Assembly (NCBI GenBank): GCA_051362555.1
Contig: CM120641.1
Location: 13,082,001 to 13,146,000 of the forward strand
Reading direction: 5' to 3'
DNA length: 64,000 nt
From: Lingula anatina
Taxonomy: Eukaryota > Animalia > Brachiopoda
Shown here: positions 28,001-40,560 of the stretch, in pieces
How positions within the stretch are numbered: position 1 is the first letter of the stretch
Layout of the letters: every line of letters begins with the position of its first letter
Translations under genes and position numbers: made by a program
Notes under the pieces: generated by a model
The model's input: the letters and a program-made list of their open reading frames with translations, nothing else
Told to the model about the DNA's origin: nothing
Database searches by the model: none

Positions 28001-31000
28001 GACCTACTTTTCACCATGAACTGAACTTTGCAAATTTTGCTTCCCTTTTATCTCCAAAACTGGCAGAGATAGGTCCATAGTTACTATTGAAGTTGAATAG
28101 GAAGTCATATACTGGCAATCTAAATGTGACCTTAAAATTGACCTTTGACCTACTTTTCACCATGAACTGAACTTTGCAAATTTTGTCCCCTTTTATCTCC
28201 AAAACTAGGAGAGATAGGTCCATAGTTACTATTGAACTTGAATAGGAGATCATATACTGGCAATCTAAATGTGACCTTGAAATTGACCTTTGACCTTCTT
28301 TTCACTATGAACTGAACTTTGCAAATTTTGCTCTCTTTTATCTCCAAAACTGGCAGAGATAGGTCCATAGTTACTATAGAACTTGAATAGGAAGTCATAT
28401 ACTGGCAATCTAAATGTGACCTTAAAATTGACCTTTGACCTACTTTTCACCATGAACTGAACTTTGCAAATTTTGCTTCCCTTATATCTCCAAAACTGGC
28501 AGAGATGGGTCCATAGTTACTATTGAACTTGAATAGGAAGTCATATACTGGCAATCTAAATGTGACCGTAAAATTGACCTTTGACCTACTTTTCACCATG
28601 AACTGAACTTTGCAAATTTTGCTTCCCTTTTATCTCCAAAACTGGCAGAGATAGGTCCATAGTTACTATTGAACTTGAATAGGAAGTCATATACTGGCAA
28701 TCTAAATGTGACCTTAAAATTGACATTTGACCTACTTTTCAGCCTGAACTGAACTTTGCAAATTTTGCTTCCCTTATATCTCCAAAACTGGCAGAGATAG
28801 GTCCATAGTTTCTATTGAAGTTGAATAGGAAGTAATATACTGGCAATCTAAATGTGACCTTAAAATTGACCTTTGACCTACTTTTCACCATGAACTGAAC
28901 TTTGCAAATTTTGCTTCCCTTTTATCTCCAAAACTGGCAGAGATAGGTCCATAGTTACTATTGAAGTTGAATAGGAAGTCATATACTGGCAATCTAAATG
29001 TGACCTTAAAATTGACCTTTGACCTACTTTTCACCATGAACTGAACTTTGCAAATTTTGTCCCCTTTTATCTCCAAAACTAGGAGAGATAGGTCCATAGT
29101 TACTATTGAACTTGAATAGGAGATCATAGACTGGCAATCTAAATGTGACCTTGAAATTGACCTTTGACCTTCTTTTCATTATGAACTGAACTTTGCAAAT
29201 TTTGCTTCCCTTTTATCTCCAAAACTGGCAGAGATAGGTCCATAGTCACTATTGAACTTGAATAGGAAGTCATATACTGGCAATCTAAATGTGACCTTAA
29301 AATTGACCTTTGACCTACTTTACACCATAAACTGAACTTTGCAACTTTTTAATGCTTTGCAACTTTTTAATGCTTTTATTTTCAGAGATACGCCCATAGT
29401 TACTATTGAATTTGAATAGAAAGTCATTAGAGGCAATTAACTGTGACCTTTGACCTTTTTTAACCATGAACTGAACGTTGCAAATTTTGCTTCCCTTTTA
29501 TCTCCAAAACTGGCAGAGAAAAGTCCATAGTTACTATTGAACTTGAATAGGAAGACATATACTGGCAATCTTACTGTGACCTTGAAATTGACCTTTGACC
29601 TACTTATTATCATGAACTGAACTCTGCTAATTTCTTTTTCTTTTAACTCCAAACCTGGCAGAGATAGGTCCATAGTTACTATTGAACTTGAATAGGAAGT
29701 CATATACTGGCAATTTACTGTGACCTTGAAATTGACCTTTGACCTACCTTACGATGAACTTAAATTTGATTGTACCATTTTTATTTATATATATTTTTTG
29801 CATATTTTGAAAATTCTTGTTGATTGCATTTTTACAGCTTGTCAAGCACAAGACTGGTGGCTGTGTCCCTTATTTTGTGTATGTGGGAGTCTATACGAAT
29901 GCGCTTGCTCCAGCTGGTGGTACAATATTCGGAGGCGGTATCGCCTCTCTGATCCTCTAGTTTTATAGATTTGATTTTCACTTACTGTTGCTGCTGAAGA
30001 TCTGTTTTGTTGTTAATTTTGCTGAACAATGCAAGAATCGCTCTTTAGTGCTAACAGTTGTGGTTTCATTTTGAGTTGTGTTGGAGGAGGCAAGATGCCC
30101 CATTTTCTTATCATTAGCATTTCCCCCATAAAATATTTTTATGTATACAGACATTATGGGCTAAGCAAGGTGAAAGTGATGTTTTAAGTGGTTAAACAAT
30201 CTTAGCTAAAATAATATTGATTGTCCATCTTTTTTAGAGAAAAATGTTGATGAGCTGTTTTATACTTGATATGTCACCTCTTCCTTCAATTACATGGTAG
30301 ACAATAGATTTGATTCTGTCAAGGGATTAATTCCATATTGATATTTTCCAGGTGCTGTCATTCTGTTGGGTAAGACAAACATGTTTCGTTTCAACCACCC
30401 AAAGGAAGCTGCCAGACTTAGACAAGAGCGGAAATTACTCAGTCCAGACTTGGTATGTTGCTCTTGTCCATAAGTCTTGCAAAAATTGAGCATTTCATAG
30501 GTTTGCTAAATGTATGACAGTGTTTCTATATTAGCTGCACACATATTTGTTTCAAACTTTTTCCCCCGATTTAGTCAAATGATTATGCATGTTTATCTTA
30601 TATTTTATTCATAGTATTCTTTACCTCATTTTACATTAACTTTATTTTGTTTTTAGAAGGGTGGTTTAGGCAAGCAGTGGTCTTCAAGGGTATCCCTCCT
30701 TAGTGCATCCATGACTGACCTGTCAAGGGCAAGGTCAACTGACAACCTGTCAATGTTTTCAGGCTTAGGGTTAGTTATTAACCAGTTGTACATTATACCA
30801 ACCACAGTGGATGGCTATACTACTGTGGATGCCAAGAACAAAAGATCCAGATATGTTGTATCTTGCATACAGTCATGCACATCACACATGATTGTGAAAT
30901 CCACCACATTTGGGTCTTTACCTTTCTACATCAGTTATAATATAAGTAAGATACACCTCTCATGCTTTGTGTATGTGTATATTACATACACCTCATTGAC

Positions 31001-34000
31001 TTGTGGTGTATCTTTTACTTAACATGTCAGTCTACAAGATGAAGCTACTGTTTTTGTGTGTCAAACTGTTAGAAAGTTAGCTGCTAGTTTAACAATTTTT
31101 TTTATAAAATTGAAGAGGGAAAATTATGCATTTATACTTTATAGAATTTTGTTCAGGTATATTATTTAGAATACTTTATTTTGTGCAGTTGTTGAGAGGG
31201 AAGAAGTGCAAGAGGTTTTCAAGGCACATCTAATAGAGATCTTCTTTTTTTTTACAGGAATGATTTGGAACAGAGGCACAAAAATGAGCTGGTTAACTTG
31301 GAGGCCAAGCGACAAGAAATAGAGGATTTAGAAGAGAAATTCCGCCAGCATGAGGATGCAAGACAAGCTGAACAAGAAAGCAAGGAGAATGAGCTGGAAA
31401 AGGCAAAGTCAGAGTTAGAAGGCATGAAGCATCGTTTGAAACAGTGGAAGGAAGATGAGTTGAAAGGAGAGTGGCAGAAATTGGAAGAGGAAAGGGAATA
31501 TTTGCATAGAAAAATGGAAGAAGAGAGAAAAAAATTGGAAGAAATGGAGAGGAATTATCATAAATCTGTGATGGAGGCAGAACAGGAGCTTATTGAGGTA
31601 TTTGTATTATTTCAACTGAGAAACATTCTAAGACTTGGAGAAAAAAATTGGTTGCCAGGCCATTTCTTTGTGTATATACAACAAAAGTGTGTCAGATAAA
31701 ATCATCTGCCTGTCCTCATTTTTCATACTTTTTCATGTATTTGTATTAGTGCTTGCACGTTTGAGGGTTGATTAGATTATTCAAAATAAGTATATTTTTC
31801 TCATGATATGATATATTTCTCATGTTGGGGATAAACTTGGAAGGTTGATATAACCAGTCTTGCACTTTATTTGTTAAACTTCTGAGAGGCACTCTATTGA
31901 AAGAATCCTTGCATTTGTTGTGTGATAATTGTATTTTGTTATTTGTTACATGTCTGTTCTTATACCTTTTGGTTATCAAAGAGGTGTCATTTATTTTGAA
32001 ACCAGTATAAACAATGTCTTTCTAGGCACTGGAAACATTTGAGAAAGAGAAACAACTTCAGCAAGAAACATTGGAAGAAGAATGGAAACGAATTGAAGAA
32101 AAAAACAGAGAGCAGCAAGAAAAAGTGCGATATTTAGAAGAAGAAATTGCCAGAAAGAGGGAACTTGTACAGAGAGAAAAGGCAGAGGTGAAATGTCAGG
32201 AGATGGTAGGGAATACCTGTGATATCACCCCTCAAAAGTAAAACAAAGGCAGTTTTTGTAGGTTTTTTAATGACATCATAGTTAAGACATTTTTGGTGAT
32301 GGTAACTTTCTCTAAAGTCCAGGGCTGCTTTAGTAAAGATATAGCACCAGAAATATGATTTTAACCCATACCATATGTCTATATCTCTCTCTCATATATA
32401 TATTTATAAATGCCTTTGCAGTTAAGAACCAAACTAAAATGGTGGTTGTGTGGTATTCCCTTCTTGTCTGTGCTTTCTTTTAAGTGTTAAAGATATGATT
32501 GAAAAAGTTGCTTTGCATGTATGAATTATTGGAGGTGTTTAATGCAACAAAGGTTTACAGGATGCTGCCAGTTAGGATTTTCTTCCAAAATATCATTCTT
32601 TGCATGAGTAGTGTATAGATCGAGGTAAAACAGGTTATTTAATTGTGTTTCGGTTTGATAGATGTATTAACAGAATACTAATAAGAATCATATAAGTTTG
32701 CTACAAAAGATAAAAGTTAAATCAAAATATTACATATCCATAATTTACTTTTTATCAAGTGTATGATATTAAAAAGTATTTGGTTGTATTTGGAAAATCA
32801 ATAATGCATATGTACATAGTGTGTTAAAAGTGCAGTTTTTAAGACTGAAGGTCTCAGTTCCTGCATTATGTCTAATAAGTGTAAACGTTTATGAGTTTAT
32901 TTTTTCAAATCGATAAAAGGAATACAAGCGTGGTCAGCAGGTGATTCCAAAAATAAGCACTTCACTTGATAGATAAAATGTTTTCATTTTTAGGAACTCA
33001 ATTTAATGGAAGAGGAAAGACATCGTCTGCTCAGCCAAGAGGAAGGTGGTTCCTTCAATTCTGAAACAGTGGAAACATGGTCTGATGAATATGCAGCTAT
33101 TCAGCATGCACTATCAGACCTTGACACAAGAGAAGAAACACTAGAAAATGACTATGAGGAAGCTAAGGCAGAACTCCAATATGAGCATTACAAATTAGAA
33201 TCAGAATTGAAACTAGAAAGGGATGATTTAAGAAAAAGTCAAAGAGCGCTTGATGAAATGGAAGCAAAATATAAAGCTGCTTCAGAAGCAGCAAATGTTG
33301 ACAGTGAAGAAGAGAGGCAAGAGGTAGAGCAGCAATTCATTACTTTACAAACAATGAAGAAAAATCACAGAGAAAAAGAAAACTGCCTTGAAGAAAAAGA
33401 AAAGGAGTACAACCAAAAGAAAATATCTGAGATGCAGCAGTTACAGGAGTACAAAGACCAGGAGACAAAAAAAATAACAGAGGACAGGACAGGCCTTAGA
33501 GACAGAGGAAATAATATTTTACAATTAGTGGAGCAGGAATTAACATCAAAAAGTAAACTCTTACAGGAACACAAATTGAAAGTTCTCCAAGAAGAACACA
33601 TTTTATCTGAATTGGAGAAAAAACATGAAGGTCTTGTGAAGGTTTCTTTTGAACAAAAGGGGTGTATTGATCAAGAGAAGCAAAAATTGCTCAATGCACA
33701 GAAAGAGGAAGAAAGGCATGCAGAGGCTCAGGTTGATGAAAAGAGGGAGTCCGTGGAATCCAGGAAAAGCCAAGGGCATGAAGTCCTGGAGGGACAGAGA
33801 AGCAGGTGAGGCAGAAGTAATACCAAATGTAATTTGCTCAATAAGGGTTATTTTGAATATCTACAAACCTTTATCAATTGTCACAGTTATAAAATTATGC
33901 ATGTGCATGATTTGTTCAAGAAAAAGTATTTAGTCAATAGTTTCAGAGTTATAATTTAACAGCTTCCAGCATAGAATCAGTTTGAGAATGAAATTATGCA

Positions 34001-37000
34001 TGTGTATGAATTTGTTAAAGAAAACATAAGTATTTAGTCAATAGTTTCAGAGAGTAATAATTTAACAGCTTCCAGCTTAGAATCAGTTTGAGAATGAAAT
34101 AATGCATGTTCATGAATTAGTTAGAGAAAGCATATTAAGTATTTAGTCAATAGTTCAATAAGAAAAGTTTGACACATATATATTGGTTGTAGTAAAACAG
34201 TAGATATTCATGAATAGAGATCTTGTCATCAATATTTTGTCATAGAATGCTTGACCTAGAAGTGCAGGAAGAAGAGCTGTCAAAAAGAAAAGAAAAGTTT
34301 GAGAAATATTCAAGAAACATTGAAGGTAATTTTCACAACATAACATATCAAGTGAATTTGTCACCTCCATTGATATGTTATGTATGTTTGAAGATATCTT
34401 TATCTTGAACAAAACAATCCTGATTAAAGTATTTTGTTTACTGATGAATCAGGCGGCAAGTCCTCAACTGTTACACTTGATATACATGTTAATTGCAAAT
34501 CATGTCAACACAGTAGAAGTTACATATGTAGGTCATATGTTATCAGCTTCCAAGTTCCATACAATGGACCCCAGCTGATTAGATGAAATATTATTGCAAA
34601 AAAATTTTAGGTTCTCTTTTCGAGAAACAATACCAAGTTTTTGAATTGGAAGCAGAAGTATTTAAGGCTAGAGAGCGGGAGAACCAGGCCCATAAAGAAC
34701 AAGTTGAAATGCTGCAGGAAGACTCAAACACGTGGGAACAAAAAGTTAAGGTGAGATGATAACACAATTTGCTAACCCTGCCACGATTTTGCTATAAACC
34801 AAGTAGCTTATTAGTTTTTAAAGGGGAAGTGATGATAAATTGGTCCAATGATTATGTTTAAAATTTGCCAACATTAATTATTTTAGCTACTGTCAAAATT
34901 TTTTCATGTGCTTTTTATCTCCTATAAAAGGAACTGAGAGAGAAGGAAATAAGACTTAAAAAAGAAGAAGCAGACCTGGAAGAAAAACGCAAAAAATTTG
35001 AAGAAGAGAGACAGCATGAGCTTGACAGGATAGATGATGAAAAATTCAAGCTTCAGGAAATGGAAGAACAGGAAAGGCAAGTTCAATTTTCATTTGTATC
35101 ATATTTTAGGGACAAAAAAAGTACCAAGTGTAGAACTTTTGCTTGTGTTGTTATATGCAGACATGATTTTTTTTCTTTGTGGTTTTCTGTTTAAGTGGTC
35201 CTCAGACCCCAGTCTCAAGGCCACTGAACCATTTCTTCTTACTTTTTTCTTGCAACTCAGAATCATGCCTGTGCATTTGCTGTTGCATTTGAATTGAGTT
35301 GAATATGCCTTTATACTCTTTGGGTGATTAGGTGTTGTCGGAAAGTACACATTTTAGATATATAGCTTAAAAATAATGAAGTAAGAAGTTTTTTTTAATA
35401 TGAGTTTAATTTTCTTTTTTTTTTTTTTTAAATTTGCGCTCGGTTTTCTTAAAGCCAGGTAAATATTTTGATGACAAAAGTAAATAAAAGGTTGTAGAGA
35501 ATTGGAATTCTAGTAACTTAAAGCACTTTTCAGGCAGTTTATCATTGCTTGAATGGCTTCATCTAGATCACATCATGTCACAGTGCCATCATAAAGCAAA
35601 CTGTTGAATGAAGCCAGGGCAATAAAAAGGAGCTTCCCATTAAAATTAGGGCTTGCTTATCTACTAGCAATCATTTTAGTCTAATGGCAATTTCTGATTG
35701 ATGCAGCATGATACTGTTACTTTTTCTCGCTTGAGTTGTATAAATTGGTAACAAAAATATAAAGGGCAAATATATTATATGGAGGAAGCTGGTGGTTGTC
35801 ATGCTGTTGCTTGGTTAATGTTAGAAGGAAGCTGTTACAAAGGATTGCGGTTTTTATTCCAGGACCAGAAATGGGCATTTTGGTTTGGAAAGGTGTCTTA
35901 AATAGAAGAAATCAAGCCAGAATCTTATTCCATTATATCCATTCCTTTCTTCATAGTCAAGTGATAAGGAATACTTATCTTATTTCATATGATTTTATCC
36001 AGGCTGAATTCTTTGGTGGAACAAGAAGTAAAGAGGAGACTATTTGAAGAGAAAGTGAAGAGAGAAAAACAAAGGATGACTGAAAAAGAAAAAGAAAAGC
36101 AAGCCAGGGACAAAGAAATCCAAAGGATTAAGAAGCAGCATGACAAAGAAATAGAGAAATTAAAGATGCAGTACGAAAATAGGTTAGTGTGCTATGATCT
36201 GATCTGTACCTATGACAATGGCATTGCTTTTACTGAATACATATTTTTTTATAATTTAAGTGGTAAAGTTCATGTCTTGTGCACTCAGAAGTGTACTGGT
36301 CATATTATCTTGGCTGATATCTCATCAGTATACATGATACTTCATTGTATCTTCCCTATAAGCTTTTCTTTTGTCATCACTATTTTAATTAACCAAGAAA
36401 TATATAAAGTGTGGTTGCCTTACAGAAAATGATGATAATTTTTCAAAGTATTTTATTATTCATCTTTTAAATCTTTCTTTTGTTTATTGGTAATGATAAT
36501 TTGAATGAACATTACATTCTATAAATACAGGTGCCCTAATGCAGGCTCATCCAGGGCAAACCCGTATGGATCACCAATGGTGAGCAATATGCTAGATACC
36601 CGTCTTCTTGTTTTGGGATTGGCCTGCTCTTATCATAGATTCAGCTGTTCTTCTCAGAACATTACGAGACAGGCTGTTGTGTTTTGGATGTGTATTGTCA
36701 AAAATATAGTGGCCAGAGTCCAGTCTGCATCATGTTATTCTGAAAAGAATGGCTTAAACTTTGATGAATCTTGACCTACCCAAAACATAACGTTGTCATG
36801 TGTGTGCATTTGACTGTTGATGTTCACAGTTATTTTATCTTTCTGATATCATTTACGTGCACTGATTTATGTAATGCTTGTGTATTTTTTTAAAACTTTT
36901 ATTTTTATTTTATCTGGTCTTCATATTTCTAGAGTACACTTGTTAGAGAGATTATTTTCTTTTTCAAGTATTATTTTTGCTATTTTTCTATGTTATCTTA

Positions 37001-38792
37001 TGTTACTCGTGTGTTGCTCTTTTCTTCAAGAGTCCTGATGATACTTTTAATAGCAGGCGGTTTGCTAGGAGTTTGTCGAATGTAAGTTTTGGTAATTTTG
37101 TCAAGAGAATGTTGATAGCTTTCAACTTGTACTGTATTATAGAATTATACTCTTAAGACAATTTTAATGGACACGGCTTGAAATCTGTTATTTATTTTAT
37201 TGTTATGATTGTTATTATTATTACTATTATTATATTTTTTATAATATTATCTAGTTGGAAGCATTTTTTCCCTGTAGGTCATGATGAAATTGAAGAACAT
37301 GCATAATAGTCATAACAGCTGTTTACAAACTGATTTCCTGCCCTAAAAACTAAGCTTTTGTGTTTTTGGTTTTCTACAGTCTTCAAGTAACAAGCTCTCC
37401 AAGTCCATGCCAAGTCTGGCACTGAACACAGAAGACATAGAAGAACCTGTGGTTGTGGTCATTCCATCTTTTACATTGAGAGGGTATGGTACAGACACAC
37501 ACCACGAGTTTGAAGTGAAGGTAAGTCACCAACTGGTCATCTTTTTCATTTAACTGTTTAAGTTACTGGGGTATAGTCACCACTACAGTCAAACCAAGAC
37601 ACAAAGTACCCCTATGTACAGGATAACCCCAGCACCTAGAATATTGATATGAAGTCGGAAATTTTTATACTGACCAATGATCATGACATTGCAATGTTGA
37701 AGTATTGGGAAGTGTATATTTTAAGTTTTGAACCAACATCACTGGAGATTGCAGTTCGATTTTTAAAGCTGACACCGTTTCACTTTCATTGTGTCAACAG
37801 ATCCGAGTGCTGGAAGAAGAGACATGGAGTGTGTTTCGTCGCTACAGAAGATTCAGAGAGATGCATGAGCATCTGAAGAAAAAATACCCAGAGGTGAGAT
37901 TGTGTTTTTTCAGTAAATGAAAATTAAAAGAAAATTAAAGAAAATTGATCTGCTTGACCAGTATAGAATTAAAGATGTATATTTGAGAATGCATTGCTCC
38001 TCTGCTGCCTAAATGAATTACTTCCTGTTCTTCTCTGTCATACATAATAAGAAAATAACGAGCAGAAACTTGAGAGTAATAATTAGATATATGCATATAT
38101 TTATATACAGGTGGCAGCTTTGCAATTCCCTCCCAAGAAGTGGTTTGGAAACAGAACAGAAAAAGTTGTAAAGGAAAGACAAAATCAGCTGCAGGTGAGT
38201 GGATAGCTGAAATATTGACACTTAGTCTGATGAAAAGTACACACTCAGCATACCTGAATATAACTCAAAACATTTGAAATTGCAGAAATAAATGAAATTT
38301 CTAATTTTTTAAAGGAGGTTGAATCATTGAACATTTAAACAAGCCATTGATCAGAACTGATAATCACTTCTATCGAAGTTGCAGTTGGGGTAAGGCCCTT
38401 GCTCTCCATGATGGGGTTTATTAAAGTGCTGGGTATTCAGTTTAAAAAAAAAAAACTAACAAAGAATGACAGAGGGCACTTGCAATTTATAATTTGTATG
38501 GGCAAGATGGTTTTATACGATTGAATCATTTACATGTACTAAATATGCCCAGTATTTATGCCATTTCATTAACTCTGCAGTTTAACTTTTAGAAGCGTTG
38601 TTTATGAATTCAAGTTCTCTCTATGTGTCATTGCAGGAATATGTTCAGCATGTGCTGAGGGTTTGCAGGAAGAACCCAGATTGCCCCCTGCATCCAAACA
38701 AAAGCAAATATCTTTCTAAGCAGACACTATTTGAATTTTCACCCTTTTTTAAGAAAGGAGTATTCGAGTCTTCAAAACATGGTACAGGGTAG
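13947..38792 (+). CDS. KIF16B: Kinesin-3 motor KIF16B (motor + FHA + coiled coil + C-terminal PX domain), 33 exons, about 1416 aa
   Basis: Exons: 13947-13993, 15046-15115, 15451-15573, 16812-16928, 17256-17288, 18114-18178, 18312-18427, 18640-18782, 19065-19132, 19290-19390, 19817-19936, 20153-20250, 23304-23378, 24174-24227, 24405-24464, 24710-24832, 25111-25162, 25485-25622, 30352-30452, 30657-30769, 31258-31597, 32026-32187, 32994-33805, 34246-34325, 34611-34750, 34931-35076, 36003-36182, 36531-36579, 37031-37081, 37380-37520, 37801-37893, 38111-38194, 38637-38792 (4251 nt, in frame). Motifs: [13 protein letters not shown]-loop [41 protein letters not shown] domain [20 protein letters not shown], and C-terminus [18 protein letters not shown]. 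Confidence 0.95.
17137..17174. repeat. (CA)n microsatellite
   Basis: Directly visible. Confidence 0.95.
18981..19009. repeat. (ATT)n microsatellite
   Basis: Directly visible. Confidence 0.9.
20499..23123 (+). mobile_element. Non-autonomous Helentron-type element (HINE/DINE-1/pearl-like) with an internal 146-bp tandem array, copy 1 (KIF16B intron 12)
   Basis: 5' TTATTGTACCACCAGC with adjacent inverted repeat GCTGGCGGTAC, then a short GC-rich microsatellite. The 3' subterminal inverted repeat GCTGGTGGTACAATA (23074-23088) is followed by hairpin GAGGCG-GTAT-CGCCTC and a CTAG|TT terminus. No TSD; inserted in a T-run. Confidence 0.8.
21501..22920 (+). repeat. Tandem array of about 10 x 146-bp monomers inside HINE copy 1
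   Basis: ATCTCCAAAACTGGCAGAGATAGGTCC recurs at 21501, 21647, 21793 and onward (period 146). Confidence 0.95.
24965..25006. repeat. (CT)n microsatellite
   Basis: Directly visible. Confidence 0.95.
25639..29962 (+). mobile_element. Same HINE family, copy 2 (KIF16B intron 18), with an internal duplication and two 146-bp arrays
   Basis: Same termini as copy 1 (TTATTGTACCACCAGC...GATCCTCTAG|TT). Arrays at about 26622-27263 and 27612-29750; the unique segment 26272-26620 is repeated at 27262-27610. Confidence 0.8.
33895..34155 (+). repeat. Local tandem duplication, about 2.5 x ~100-bp units, KIF16B intron 23
   Basis: AAGTATTTAGTCAATAGTT occurs three times and AGAATCAGTTTGAGAATGAAAT twice. Confidence 0.8.
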
Positions 38793-40560
38793 ACATTTCC
38801 CATGACAGTGTCAGCACAAGAATTCCAGACTTGTTTATAAATGTTATGTTTAATATTCACTTATCATAAATTTTTTGGTCTACAGCATAAACTTCTATAC
38901 CAACAGGACTATTATTTATATACATATATGTACAGTAATAAATATAATGTTTTTCTTTGCATTAAAAATGGTTTGGTGAATGTGATCAAGCTTTATATGC
39001 TGGTGATAACTGGCCAATTTTTTTGTTGTAAATAATATCCAAGCTGTTTATAAATCAATACAACAGTAATATCAAATATATGGCACAAATGTAGTTCTAT
39101 AACTGAGTTTGTAAACGGTAACAGATTTGACTAGAACATTATAAGCCATGGTCCGATGTGCAATTCAATTTGATATTTTGTTTTTAACTTTTAATATGAG
39201 GTATTATATATTATGAGAGTAAAAAAAAACTTTGTTAAAACAACTGAATAGTTTCAATGATATGCATTTATTAATCATTTACAGGTAACTTAATTGAACA
39301 ATGTTTAAATGAATTTTTGTATAACCTTGCATTTAAAAAGTACTACTAATACAGTAATAGGGCATGAAAACTCTAATGAATTGTGCTAGAGGTGCTACAG
39401 ATATTTGCTCAACTGTTTTTCCCCACTGAAAGTCATGAGAGAGAAAGATGGTCTCTATTGACACCTTATTTAAATTTTGGGACGACCGACATTTTGTGAT
39501 GTAAACTTACTTTCAACTGGATACAAACAAATGCATTATTCATTTCCATTTTGATGTTGTGATATTGGCAGGAAAGATGATTTTAAACTTATATAATTCT
39601 TAAGGACAGGCCTTAAATGAAACTTTTTGAAAAGATTTTTTTGTAAGATGTATCACTTTCATGTGTAAAGCAAAACATTCATAGAAGAAGTCCACAAAAT
39701 CAAAATATTAACATTCCTTCATCATGATTGAGGTAACTATGAAAGAACGTTGTATTCTTTTTTTTTAAATACATTTCCCTTTTCCAAAGATTTTAATGTA
39801 ACCCAATGTTCTTGTACCCTCTTTGAAAATTCTATCACATAAACCATGTGAATTAACTTTGAAAACAAGTGTAATAAAAATTCTCTTGATATTTTACAAG
39901 GTTTTATGGAAATATGTACTTCTAGCAATTCACTTGAAAAATTACCCAACAACAGGATAACTGCACTTGTATTTCAATAACAAATGGATAGGAAAGAGCG
40001 TGAAACACAATGTGTAAAAAATACAGGCAAGCACACACTTCTTGTAAGCAAAATACAAGTGGGACTATCCTGTTGGAAGAGCCAGCCATGGTAGAACTAT
40101 CAATAACACATGAAAGTATATTTACAATATTCAACAAGATGCCAGGATAGATAAATACAAGTGGAAATAAAATATATTTTCTTTCAAATTAAAAATCTGT
40201 TTTCTGCTTAACTGCCCTCTACAGGGTCACAGATTGATTTTTCACTTGATATTCAGTTACATCTTTGGCTTATTTCCAATTTTCTGTGGTGAAATCCAAG
40301 GGCAATTACTGGGTTGGCCATGGTTTACATAACTACTGAGGCACTGGCACCTGACAAGTCCCTCTGACAGCAATCAAATTAGACAATGTGCTTACTCTAC
40401 AGTGCACAGTTTTTGGGAAATACTTCCTAACCAGAGGTAATTTTTTTGCCTGACATATGAAAAGGAAACAGATTATGAAACAAAGTATTTAGTACAAGTT
40501 GCTGGCTGCATGAAAAAAAAGGGTTTGCAAAGTGAAAATTTGTGTACAAAATTGACGTCA

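Noticed and set aside
21501-29750. Regular repeats as a CRISPR array
   Set aside because: Monomers are contiguous 146-bp units with no unique spacers, lie in eukaryotic introns, and have no cas genes nearby.
21043-29968. Repeated ORFs ([17 protein letters not shown]..., MTLKLT...) as a protein or transposase family
   Set aside because: They are chance translations of the satellite monomer and element arms, with frequent stops and no Rep/helicase or DDE motifs.
33006-33809. 267-aa ORF as a standalone coiled-coil gene
   Set aside because: It is bounded by acceptor and donor sites and is in phase with KIF16B exon 23.
40250-40450. Additional terminal CATSPERG exon
   Set aside because: The preceding exon reaches TGA at 40561 with no convincing donor, so this is treated as 3' UTR; it cannot be excluded without RNA data.
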